From: Thermodesulfovibrionia bacterium
GTDB lineage: Bacteria; Nitrospirota; Thermodesulfovibrionia; UBA6902
Direction: 5' to 3'
Assembly: GCA_020057065.1 (NCBI GenBank)
Contig: JAGVGM010000348.1
Span: forward strand, 345-64,344
Length of the DNA stretch: 64,000 bases
The notes under the pieces: model-generated
Seen by the model: only the letters and a program-made list of their open reading frames with translations
Told to the model about the DNA's origin: nothing
The model's database searches: none
Shown here: piece after piece, positions 27,617 through 36,599 of the stretch
Position numbering within the stretch: the stretch's first letter is position 1
How the letters are laid out: the number at the start of each line of letters is the position of its first letter
Made by a program: the position numbers and the translations under genes

Positions 27617-28087
27617 TCACGCCAATCCTCTGTCTTTTCCCCGGTTGAACATCGGATACAGGATCATAGCCGCTATGCCTGTATAAACAGTTCCCACGAC
27701 CGAAACGCTCCATGATCTGTTCACAAAGGAGATCTTTGAAAAGGTCTCAAGGCATGCATCCGTAACAAGAATATCAACCACCGAGAAGATCACGATCATG
27801 GAAGTGCTTATGATGATATTCCACTGGAACAGGTTGTTCCTGACCGTCCTTGCAAGATACGCAACTATGACCTTGCTTAGAATATTGGGTCCGATAATAA
27901 ATCCGCTCGCAGTGTCAAGCAGCAAACCCGTCATTGCGCCGTAAGCAGCATAATGCGCCCGCCGGTCCATGTCAGAATAAAAACATACAAGTACAAGAAC
28001 GAGATCGGGTTTTATGCCGTGAAAAAACAGTCCCTGAACTGCGGCAGCCAGGTAAGCATAGAAAATATAAATTAAGAACAGTTTCAT
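27617..28087 (-). CDS. mreD: Rod shape-determining protein MreD
   Basis: 156 aa, polytopic membrane protein. Assigned by its position between mreC and mrdA. Confidence 0.8.
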   Translation of the reverse strand: MKLFLIYIFYAYLAAAVQGLFFHGIKPDLVLVLVCFYSDMDRRAHYAAYGAMTGLLLDTASGFIIGPNILSKVIVAYLARTVRNNLFQWNIIISTSMIVIFSVVDILVTDACLETFSKISFVNRSWSVSVVGTVYTGIAAMILYPMFNRGKDRGLA

Positions 28088-28860
28088 CTCTTCAATATCA
28101 AAATTTCTTCAACTTTATTTAGATGTTGCGCAGGCTGTACCTCGATCTGCTGGAAAATATCTCCCCCCTCCCTGTCGACAGAGGTTACATAACCTACCAG
28201 AAGGCCTTCCGGGAATATTCCGTCAAGCCCTGAGGTAATGACACTTTCACCTGCCTCCACCTCGAAATCTTTAGATACGTATTTCAAATAACATCTGTCT
28301 TCACCATTGCCTTCAAGGATGCCTTCCACTCTTGAAGACTCAAGTCTCACGGCAACGGAAGAATTTACATCGGTAATAAGAATAACATTGGCCCTTTCAT
28401 TGAATACTCTGTGAATTTTTCCCGCAAGTCCCAAAGGCGTGACCGCAACCATATCCTTAGCAACTCCATTGATAATACCTTTGTTTATCCAGAGGATCTG
28501 AAACCAGTTAGTCGGGTCCCGCGCAAAGACCTCGGCAGCAGCCACATAATCAGCCCTCTGCGATTTCAGATCGATAAGACTGCGCAGTCTCTCATTCTCA
28601 TATGCCGCTTCCTTATAACGGGTTCTTTCCTCTTCACACTTTTTCAGCCTGTCAAGCAGGATTTTTTCTTCAGGGCTTTTTCCGATGAAGGGTATATGGT
28701 CAAATAAATTCAAGAGGTAAGAACCGCCCTGCTCGATAAGCTTTAACGGGTAAAGCGTGAAATCGAAAAGACGCCTTTCGCCTTTAACACTCTGGTATGT
28801 AAGCAATGCAAATATTAGAAGAATAAAAAGGGCGGAAAGAATAAATTTTTTTTTTAACAT
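28084..28860 (-). CDS. mreC: Rod shape-determining protein MreC
   Basis: 258 aa with an N-terminal TM, a coiled coil (ENERLRSLIDLK) and beta-barrel domains. Downstream of mreB. Confidence 0.88.
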   Translation of the reverse strand: MLKKKFILSALFILLIFALLTYQSVKGERRLFDFTLYPLKLIEQGGSYLLNLFDHIPFIGKSPEEKILLDRLKKCEEERTRYKEAAYENERLRSLIDLKSQRADYVAAAEVFARDPTNWFQILWINKGIINGVAKDMVAVTPLGLAGKIHRVFNERANVILITDVNSSVAVRLESSRVEGILEGNGEDRCYLKYVSKDFEVEAGESVITSGLDGIFPEGLLVGYVTSVDREGGDIFQQIEVQPAQHLNKVEEILILKR

Positions 28861-28977
28861 TCCGAATATAAATAAAATTCAAAATTCGAAGCACGAAATA
28901 CGAAACAAATTTCAATTCCCAATATGCAAATTTTCAAAACTGTTTCGAATTTCGAAATTCGGATTTCGGTTTTGTTT
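28861..28977. repeat. Dyad simple-sequence spacer (TTCGAAAT-type units)
   Basis: AAATTCGAAGCACGAAATACGAAAC ... GTTTCGAATTTCGAAATTCGGATTTCGG. The two arms are in opposite orientation and fill the mreB-mreC spacer. Confidence 0.75.
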
Positions 28978-29994
<1,017 letters not shown>

Positions 29995-30495
29995 TTAATC
30001 CTCCCGTTTTTCCTCAATAACATGTGTTTTAGCAAGCTCATCGCCCAGCCTCATGCCCGTTTCGCTGCCTAATAAAATAAGGCTCTCAAAAAGCACAACG
30101 ACCGCTGCAGCAATAAAAGAAAATATCCAGCCTATAAGGGGCATTATATTAAAGATCCCGAACACCATAAATCCAACAGCAAATGGAAAATTCCTGAAGA
30201 TCGATTCCTTAAAGCTGCAGGCTGTAACCTTATCCGTATTATTATAAATTATCACCCTGAGACCTATCAGCTTTTTGCCGACACTCCTTCCTTCAAACAA
30301 TCCGTCGGCTATTAAAAGATATGTCAGACCGGCGAAAAAACCAACCCTTGGTATTACTTCATAAAGGGCGGCAACAATGATAAAGTCAATGGTTCTGGCT
30401 ATTATCCTGTTTAAAAAGCCTGCCTTTCCTGTTTCTTTTGGTCCACTAATAGGTTGATTAAAAAGAGACTCCGAGACATTCATTTTTAATTCCAT
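29995..30495 (-). CDS. RDD-family membrane protein
   Basis: 166 aa with RIIARTIDFIIVAALY and three hydrophobic helices. Its stop abuts the mreB start. Confidence 0.6.
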   Translation of the reverse strand: MELKMNVSESLFNQPISGPKETGKAGFLNRIIARTIDFIIVAALYEVIPRVGFFAGLTYLLIADGLFEGRSVGKKLIGLRVIIYNNTDKVTACSFKESIFRNFPFAVGFMVFGIFNIMPLIGWIFSFIAAAVVVLFESLILLGSETGMRLGDELAKTHVIEEKRED

Positions 30496-30642
30496 AGATA
30501 CTAACAGATAGCCTGTTTAATTTCAAGAAACAGTATAATTTGAAAGAGGGGAAATTATCAATGTAGAAGCGTTGAAGAAGGTAAAGAGAGAATTAGAGAC
30601 AGCTTAAAAAATGAGAAAAGATGTTCATTGTTGACCTACTCT

Positions 30643-30681
30643 TTGCATACTTTATGGTAATACTATATAATAATACTATAT
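30643..30681 (+). promoter_or_regulatory. Sigma-70-type promoter with overlapping direct-repeat operator for vapBC
   Basis: TTGCAT (30643-30648) - 17 nt - TATAAT (30666-30671). TAATACTATAT is repeated at 30658-30668 and 30671-30681. SD AAGGAGG lies at 30693-30699 and the ATG at 30704. Confidence 0.6.
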
Positions 30682-30703
30682 TAGATATGTAAAAGGAGGC
30701 TGT

Positions 30704-30943
30704 ATGTCGCTTGTAAAAACATCTGTAACCATACCAGATGATGTCCTGTCAGAGGCAAAAAAAATATCGGACAACTTCAGTTCTCTCGTCACAGTAGCGC
30801 TGAAAGAATATCTGCGAAGGAAAAATGTTGAAAAAGCAGTTGCCAGTTTCGGCAAGTGGAAGGGCCGGGACAAGGCCAGCGTTGAAATTGTAAGGGAACT
30901 CAGAAAGGAAGAAGGGCGTAAGTATGCAAAACGTTCTCGTTGA
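30704..30943 (+). CDS. vapB: RHH (CopG/VapB-like) antitoxin
   Basis: 79 aa. The N-terminus MSLVKTSVTIPDDVLSEAKKISDNFSSLVTVALKEYL fits a ribbon-helix-helix pattern. Overlaps the PIN gene by 20 nt. Confidence 0.8.
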   Translation: MSLVKTSVTIPDDVLSEAKKISDNFSSLVTVALKEYLRRKNVEKAVASFGKWKGRDKASVEIVRELRKEEGRKYAKRSR

Positions 30944-31301
30944 TACTGATGTAGCCATAGACTACCTGAGAGGGTTGCAATATGCAAAAGACCTTATGCT
31001 TACTTTATGGGATGCAAACACGGCATACTTCAGTATCCTGTCAGTATATGAATTATACGCAGGAATGAGGGACGACGAGATTGAAGACACCGGGTATTTT
31101 GTGAATGCTTGCAACATAGAACACATAGACCTCGATATTGCCAAAAAGGGCGGGGAACTTTACAGGCAATACAGGACAAAGGGGATAACACTTACCGCTC
31201 TTGATTGCCTGATAAATGCAACCGCTGTTATAAACGGATATAAAGTAGCTACAAGGAATAAAGATCATTATCCTGATAAGAAGATGCTGTATCCAATATA
31301 A
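30924..31301 (+). CDS. vapC: PIN-domain toxin VapC
   Basis: 125 aa with VLVDTDVAIDYLRG (first acidic residue) and ...ALDCLINATAVINGYKVATRNKDHY. Confidence 0.85.
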   Translation: MQNVLVDTDVAIDYLRGLQYAKDLMLTLWDANTAYFSILSVYELYAGMRDDEIEDTGYFVNACNIEHIDLDIAKKGGELYRQYRTKGITLTALDCLINATAVINGYKVATRNKDHYPDKKMLYPI

Positions 31302-31309
31302 TTCCATTG

Positions 31310-31324
31310 TGGCACTGCAGATGC
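31310..31324 (+). promoter_or_regulatory. Possible sigma-54 (-24/-12) promoter
   Basis: TGGCAC-TGCAG-ATGC, with GG at 31311-12 and GC at 31323-24 (12-nt spacing). It lies ~235 nt upstream of the next ATG. The -12 element is imperfect. Confidence 0.3.
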
Positions 31325-31560
31325 GCTTGATATGAAGCTGGTTGTAAAATTACAGGCAAAGAGAAGCTGAGATTTCTAAAGGGTTGGTTAACTGCAACCA
31401 TGTCCCCTCAAGGGTCAGCATCATCTATAAATAATTCTTATAACACCTAAAAGTATCTTGCTTTATCCCCTCTTATAGTCGCAAAATAAACTATCTCTTT
31501 TGTAACAATCAATAACAGGCGTATTGTCTGCTAATTTTTATATTTTTGGGGGTAAAGAAA

Positions 31561-32118
31561 ATGAGAAAACTATCTTTAATAATTGTAGCAGTCACTGTAA
31601 TGATTGCATTTACAGGAATGCTGAACAAAGGAGAGGCTGGATCAATCTATGGGTGTTATAAGAAGAATAATGGTCAACTTCGGATAGTCAGCAGTAGTGG
31701 CAAGTGCCTGCCGTCAGAAAAGCAGATTGTTTTAAATCAATCCAGTGACGGCAAATACGAATTTGTGGGATTTTCCACGGCTAAGAGTAGTGGTGCTGCC
31801 GGAATTTTGAAATTACACCAGTTATGTCAGGCAGATTTTCCTAACAGCAGGATGTGTACAAGTTTAGAAATTATTAGAACAGTAAACGTACCTTCAGCAA
31901 CTGGTTCTGGATGGGTACAACCACTTTTTGTTGGTTCTGGTGCATATGCATATTCCGTATATACAGCAGATGCATCTGGTATTGAAGATATACCAAATGA
32001 AATGACATGTTATGGCTGGTCAGACATTTATCGTCGAGGTTTGACTGTTTCTACAGACGGCAAGTTTGGTCAAACAGAATGCAGCGAAGTTCTCTCCATT
32101 GCCTGTTGTGCGCCTTAA
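31561..32118 (+). CDS. Secreted cysteine-rich protein, function unknown
   Basis: I set the start at ATG 31561 (GGGGGT upstream). Signal peptide is MRKLSLIIVAVTVMIAFTGMLNKGEA. An N-terminal IYGCYKKNNGQLRIV...C hairpin-like motif is present, with 8 further Cys including C-terminal ACCAP. Confidence 0.55.
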   Translation: MRKLSLIIVAVTVMIAFTGMLNKGEAGSIYGCYKKNNGQLRIVSSSGKCLPSEKQIVLNQSSDGKYEFVGFSTAKSSGAAGILKLHQLCQADFPNSRMCTSLEIIRTVNVPSATGSGWVQPLFVGSGAYAYSVYTADASGIEDIPNEMTCYGWSDIYRRGLTVSTDGKFGQTECSEVLSIACCAP

Positions 32119-32303
32119 AACAAGAGAGTTGTGGCAAAAGAAAATATAAGTTCTATTCTTTTTGTTACAGGCGGAACAACATTAGCTTTTAGAAGGTATC
32201 TGAAAAAGAGAAAACAACTACCCTCTCCCCATGTTTCCCTAAGTAATCACTTGACTTGCGTCTGCTGATCATAAGACAATATTACAGTTAGAGTGAAAAG
32301 AAA

Positions 32304-33260
32304 ATGAAAAAGACAGTCAGTAAAATAAAAACAGAATATCCCAATCCTTTCTATGATCCATTTCACCAGCAATTTATTCTAATTCAAAAACGTAAAAATG
32401 AACTTTTTAAACGTGATCCGATTTTCACTTTAAAACGTGAGAATACACCACCTGATGAATATGAACGAATTTCCAAAACTGATTTACCCAAAAAATGGAA
32501 CACTACACTATGGAGAAATGAGGGATCTCCAAATTTATCCATAGGAAGAATACGTAAAGTCTTAGTAGGAGAATGCGTTCGTTCAGGGGGCAAGAAAATA
32601 GTTACTGGTAAGAATATATCAGGAGAGGTTGATACCTATTATGAACGTCGAATAAGAGAAGGAAATATTTTTATAATAATTAATCCATCACTATTAACTT
32701 TAAATGATGAGAAGAAGGTAAAAACTCATGTATGGAATATGGTTAAACGTGAAATTTTAAATATAAAAGAAAAGGAAGGAATAAAGAATGGATGGGACCC
32801 TTTAGCACCACCGGGTGAACATAAGGAAATTGCGTTTATATACCGGATAGGGGAAGAAACTTTTAGGAAATATCTTAAATGGTACGACTGGCATTTACAG
32901 CATAAGATTGGATTCAGATTAATCGCATTTACAGAAAATCAAAGCGCAGGTGATATTGATAAGGCAAATAGTCTTATTGAAAAAATCATTAAGAAACCTA
33001 AGAAACCCAAAGTAGGTAATTATAATCCATCAAAAAATATAGTTGCGGTATCGGGCGAAGACAAAATTGAAAAAGCTGTAAAACTTATTTATAAGGCAAT
33101 ACATAGAAAACCTTATTCAAAGACAAAAATAGTGCCTTTACTATATTTAGATAATCGTAATTGCCCTGAACATGGTAATATTGCCAATTGCCCTTTTAAG
33201 TGCCAATACCTTCAAGATTGGTACAATACGGCAAACAGAATACTCCCGCCCAAAAATTAA
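32304..33260 (+). CDS. Orphan basic protein, function unknown
   Basis: 318 aa, Lys/Arg-rich, with a C-terminal Cys/His cluster CPEHGNIANCPFKCQY. I recognise no family. Confidence 0.5.
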   Translation: MKKTVSKIKTEYPNPFYDPFHQQFILIQKRKNELFKRDPIFTLKRENTPPDEYERISKTDLPKKWNTTLWRNEGSPNLSIGRIRKVLVGECVRSGGKKIVTGKNISGEVDTYYERRIREGNIFIIINPSLLTLNDEKKVKTHVWNMVKREILNIKEKEGIKNGWDPLAPPGEHKEIAFIYRIGEETFRKYLKWYDWHLQHKIGFRLIAFTENQSAGDIDKANSLIEKIIKKPKKPKVGNYNPSKNIVAVSGEDKIEKAVKLIYKAIHRKPYSKTKIVPLLYLDNRNCPEHGNIANCPFKCQYLQDWYNTANRILPPKN

Positions 33261-33356
33261 TCTAGAGAAAAAAGCCCACCCCACCCTTTTTCGGATTCTC
33301 AATAGTAGAAGGACTAAATCTTTTTACGAAATTAAATCCGAAAGGAGAAAGGAACT

Positions 33357-33584
33357 TTGGTAATAAAGAAAATAAAATTTGAGTTGCTTGTAGTCACAGA
33401 AAATAATACAAAAAGAAAAAGTTGGAAGCCGCCGGATTATTGGAAACATTTTATATGTACTGAGGTGCATAGGTTATTCACAATTGCAGCAATAGGTTTT
33501 GTATATATCTTTATCGTTTATTCAGACAATCTGATAAAACGAATTTTTGAGTGGCTTATAGATATCCTGAAAGATATTAATTGA
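33357..33584 (+). CDS. Small single-TM protein (TTG start), hypothetical
   Basis: 75 aa. AGGAG lies 9 nt upstream of the TTG, and there is one hydrophobic helix, FTIAAIGFVYIFIVY. Confidence 0.3.
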   Translation: MVIKKIKFELLVVTENNTKRKSWKPPDYWKHFICTEVHRLFTIAAIGFVYIFIVYSDNLIKRIFEWLIDILKDIN

Positions 33585-33628
33585 ACATCACAAACGCCTA
33601 CTTTACAAAAACTATATCCTCAGGCAGC

Positions 33629-33666
33629 AAAAACAGAAAAGGGGCTAACCTGTGTCGGCTAACCCC
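33629..33666 (-). terminator. Rho-independent terminator of tRNA-Gly
   Basis: The minus-strand RNA reads GGGGUUAGCC-GACACA-GGUUAGCCCC (10 bp including 2 G-U pairs), then UUUUCUGUUUUU. On the plus strand the same positions are C-A mismatches, so the structure is strand-specific. Confidence 0.7.
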
Positions 33667-33676
33667 TTGAATTTTC

Positions 33677-33751
33677 TGGAGCGGGCGAGGGGGCTCGAAC
33701 CCCCGACCCCAACCTTGGCAAGGTTGTGCTCTACCACTGAGCTACACCCGC
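33677..33751 (-). tRNA. tRNA-Gly (anticodon GCC), CCA encoded
   Basis: The minus strand reads GCGGGTG-TA-GCTC-AGTGGTA-GAGC-A-CAACC-TTGCCAA-GGTTG-GGGTC-GGGGG-TTCGAGC-CCCCT-CGCCCGC-T-CCA. It folds as a cloverleaf of 75 nt. Confidence 0.93.
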
Positions 33752-33759
33752 TTGATAAA

Positions 33760-33784
33760 GGGGCGTATCGCGATACGCCCCTAC
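33760..33784. repeat. GC-stem palindrome variant
   Basis: GGGGCGTATCGCGATACGCCCCTAC between the tRNA-Gly 5' end and trpE. Confidence 0.8.
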
Positions 33785-33852
33785 AACTATTAACTCAAAT
33801 CGTCTATAATAGACAAATTAAATAGTAATGAATAAAAGAGGGTCTTGTCAAT

Positions 33853-35334
33853 ATGCTGTATCCTGATTTCAACGAATTCAAGAAAAAAACTGCGGAAGGG
33901 AACCTGATCCCGGTCTACAGGGAAATCCTTGCAGACCTTGAAACCCCTCTATCGGCATTCCTTAAATTAAAAGGCAAAACGGGTTTTCTCCTGGAGAGTC
34001 TTGAAGGCGGAGAGAAATGGGCACGATACTCCTTTATCGGGAGCAATCCGTCTTTAATAATCGAAGGCAAAGGGAAAAATCTGACTATAAAAAGAGGCGC
34101 TCTGAAAGAAAAAGTTGGTTTTGTCAGGGACCCTCTTGAAGTTATATCCGCTGAATTAAAGAAATATAAGCCCGTAATTATTCCGGGATTGCCGCGATTC
34201 TTTGGCGGTTTTGTAGGTTATATAGGGTACGATACAGTCCGGCATTTTGAAAAACTGCCTGATGCGCATCGCCCCGGACTTAACCTTCCGGACATATTTC
34301 TGATGTTTACAGATACGCTTCTGGTGTTTGACAATCTGACGCATAAAATTAAAGTGATTTCGAATGCTCACATAGAAAATAGTCCTGAAGAAGCATATGA
34401 AAAAGCACTTGTAAAGATCGATTCCATAGTCAAAAAACTTAAAACAAAAGCAGTGATCCGGAGAAAATCATCGCTTCAGAATAAATCTGATTCTGAAGCG
34501 GCTGCCTTCACATCAAATTTCTCAAAAGATGACTTCATGAAGGCTGTCGAGAAGACAAAAGAATATGTCAGGTCGGGAGATATAATTCAGGCTGTGATAT
34601 CGCAGAATTTTCAGAGGGATACAGATATCCCGCCGATAAATGCATACAGGGCTCTTCGCGTTATAAATCCGTCGCCATATATGTACTATATAGAGACAGG
34701 TAAATGCACGCTTGCCGGGTCTTCACCTGAAATTCTTGTCAGGTTCGAAGGAGACACTATTGAATTAAGGCCTATTGCCGGAACAAGGCGGAGAGGTTAT
34801 ACAACAGAAGAAGACCTTTCAATGGAAGAAGAACTTAAGGCAGATCCGAAGGAGATGGCTGAACACATTATGCTCGTTGATCTGGGTAGGAACGATCTTG
34901 GAAGGGTCGCCGCAACAGGCAGTGTTCAGGTAACTGAATTGATGAGCGTAGAGAGATATTCTCATGTCATGCATCTTGTATCGAATGTTACAGGTAAATT
35001 AAAGAATGGGTATGATGCATTTGATGTCATCAGGGCGTCATTCCCGGCCGGTACAGTAACAGGCGCTCCAAAGATAAGGGCCATGGAGATCATTGAAGAG
35101 CTTGAACCCTCAAAGCGCGGACCTTACGCCGGCTCTGTAGGATACTTTGATTTTTCAGGTAATATGGACATGTGCATTACAATAAGAACGATAATCTTTA
35201 AAGACAAAAAAGCCTATATACAGGCAGGCGCCGGAATAGTTGCCGACTCCGATCCGGAAAAGGAGTACAAGGAAACCGTAAACAAGGCAAAGGGCATGTT
35301 CAAGGCCATCGAAATGGCGGAAAACGAACTGTAG
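33853..35334 (+). CDS. trpE: Anthranilate synthase component I
   Basis: 493 aa with LLESLEGGEKWARYSF, ...IAGTRRRG... and GAGIVADSDPEKEYKET. Confidence 0.95.
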   Translation: MLYPDFNEFKKKTAEGNLIPVYREILADLETPLSAFLKLKGKTGFLLESLEGGEKWARYSFIGSNPSLIIEGKGKNLTIKRGALKEKVGFVRDPLEVISAELKKYKPVIIPGLPRFFGGFVGYIGYDTVRHFEKLPDAHRPGLNLPDIFLMFTDTLLVFDNLTHKIKVISNAHIENSPEEAYEKALVKIDSIVKKLKTKAVIRRKSSLQNKSDSEAAAFTSNFSKDDFMKAVEKTKEYVRSGDIIQAVISQNFQRDTDIPPINAYRALRVINPSPYMYYIETGKCTLAGSSPEILVRFEGDTIELRPIAGTRRRGYTTEEDLSMEEELKADPKEMAEHIMLVDLGRNDLGRVAATGSVQVTELMSVERYSHVMHLVSNVTGKLKNGYDAFDVIRASFPAGTVTGAPKIRAMEIIEELEPSKRGPYAGSVGYFDFSGNMDMCITIRTIIFKDKKAYIQAGAGIVADSDPEKEYKETVNKAKGMFKAIEMAENEL

Positions 35335-35336
35335 AT

Positions 35337-35419
35337 TTCCCCTCTTTGAAAAAGAGGGGTTAGGGGAGATTTTTCAAGAATTACAAAATCCCCCTGCATC
35401 CCCCTTTTACAAAGGGGGA
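35337..35419. repeat. Composite G/C-homopolymer hairpin element (modules B+A)
   Basis: CCCCTCTTTGAAAAAGAGGGGTTAGGGGAGATTTTT ... AAAATCCCCCTGCATCCCCCTTTTACAAAGGGGGA. Both modules match the reverse complement of 5123-5207 but in swapped order. Confidence 0.8.
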
Positions 35420-35439
35420 TTGTAAAAGGGAGAAGATTT

Positions 35440-36024
35440 ATGCTATTAATGATTGACAATTATGATTCTTTCACTTACAACCTCGTACAGTACCTCGGGG
35501 AACTGGGTGAGGATATACGGGTATTCAGAAACGACAAGATCACAATTCCTGAAATACAAAAATTAAATCCTGACAGGGTCGTTATCTCTCCAGGCCCTTG
35601 TACACCAAAAGAGGCCGGTATTTCCATAAAAGTGATACAGCACTTCGCCGGTAAGATCCCTATTCTCGGCGTATGCCTTGGTCATCAATCGATCGGCGCG
35701 GCATATGGAGCGGAAATAGTAAATGCACCCAGATTAATGCATGGGAAAACTTCAATGATATATCATGATGGAAAAACTATTTTTAAAGATATTCCCAATC
35801 CTTTCGAAGCAACCCGCTATCATTCACTGATTATAAAAAAAGAGACACTGTCAGACGATTTTGAAATAACGGCATGGACAGATCAGGATGAAATTATGGG
35901 AATAAGACACAAAATATTTACTATTGAAGGCATCCAGTTCCATCCGGAATCAATACTCACAAAAGAAGGGAAAAATCTGTTAAGGAATTTTTTGAAGCTG
36001 AAGGTTGCTGAATCTTCCGGCTGA
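35440..36024 (+). CDS. trpG: Anthranilate synthase component II (glutamine amidotransferase)
   Basis: 194 aa with [23 protein letters not shown] and FHPES. Confidence 0.93.
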   Translation: MLLMIDNYDSFTYNLVQYLGELGEDIRVFRNDKITIPEIQKLNPDRVVISPGPCTPKEAGISIKVIQHFAGKIPILGVCLGHQSIGAAYGAEIVNAPRLMHGKTSMIYHDGKTIFKDIPNPFEATRYHSLIIKKETLSDDFEITAWTDQDEIMGIRHKIFTIEGIQFHPESILTKEGKNLLRNFLKLKVAESSG

Positions 36025-36071
36025 TTAGAAACTGTTTACAAAATATAGTGAGCACATAAAAGCATGTCAGT

Positions 36072-36114
36072 AACCCCCTCTGTCCCCCTTAAATTAAGGG
36101 GGACAGAGGGGGTT
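36072..36114. repeat. 43-nt perfect palindrome
   Basis: AACCCCCTCTGTCCCCCTTAA-A-TTAAGGGGGACAGAGGGGGTT. The 21-nt arms are exactly complementary. Confidence 0.9.
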
Positions 36115-36140
36115 AAGGATAAATCAGTTACAATTACAAT

Positions 36141-36599
36141 ATGAAACCAGGTTACCACGTAACATTCTCTACAATACTCTCAGGAATCTTGTTTATGATG
36201 ACAAAATCATGGAGCATTACCGCCGCATGTTTCATATCAGGAATCTTGATCGACCTGGATCATGTACTGGATTTTTTTATTCTATACGGATGGCGGTCGT
36301 TCACCATAAAGAGATTCTTTCATGTTTTCTATCATGTACAGTTTAAGCAAATATACCTTTTCTTTCATGCATGGGAATGGCTTTTACTGCTTTACTTAGC
36401 AGCATGGATAACAGGCTGGAACCCATGGTTCATCGGTATGTTTGTTGGTGCAGGTCATCATATAATTCTTGATTACATTAGCAATGGCGGTTACCTTTGG
36501 AGCTATTCAATTTTATTGCGGTGGAGAAATAACTTTGACTTTGAGACAACCTTCCCGGGACTGATTAAGTACCGTGAAAAGCAGGGAACCAATGATTAA
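36141..36599 (+). CDS. Small polytopic membrane protein, possibly DUF457/YdjM-like metal-dependent hydrolase
   Basis: 152 aa and 4-5 hydrophobic helices, with His/Asp clusters IDLDHVLDF, FHAWEW and GAGHHIILD. The family call is tentative. Confidence 0.4.
   Translation: MKPGYHVTFSTILSGILFMMTKSWSITAACFISGILIDLDHVLDFFILYGWRSFTIKRFFHVFYHVQFKQIYLFFHAWEWLLLLYLAAWITGWNPWFIGMFVGAGHHIILDYISNGGYLWSYSILLRWRNNFDFETTFPGLIKYREKQGTND

Noticed and set aside
30676-31307. Minus-strand ORFs (103, 69, 60 and 84 aa) over the vapBC locus
   Set aside because: They lie antisense to a well-formed RHH-PIN pair that has its own promoter, SD and overlap. They have no motifs of their own.
30496-33760. Integrative element at tRNA-Gly
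   Set aside because: I found no integrase or recombinase gene and no direct repeat of the tRNA 3' segment (TGGAGCGGGCGAGGGGGCTCGAACC) anywhere between 30.5 and 33.7 kb. I keep it only as a compositional or orphan-gene observation.
33828-33866. Small ORF (MNKRGSCQYAVS) upstream of and overlapping the trpE start, as a trp attenuator leader peptide
   Set aside because: It contains no Trp codons, and I could not identify alternative terminator/antiterminator hairpins in the ~70-nt leader.
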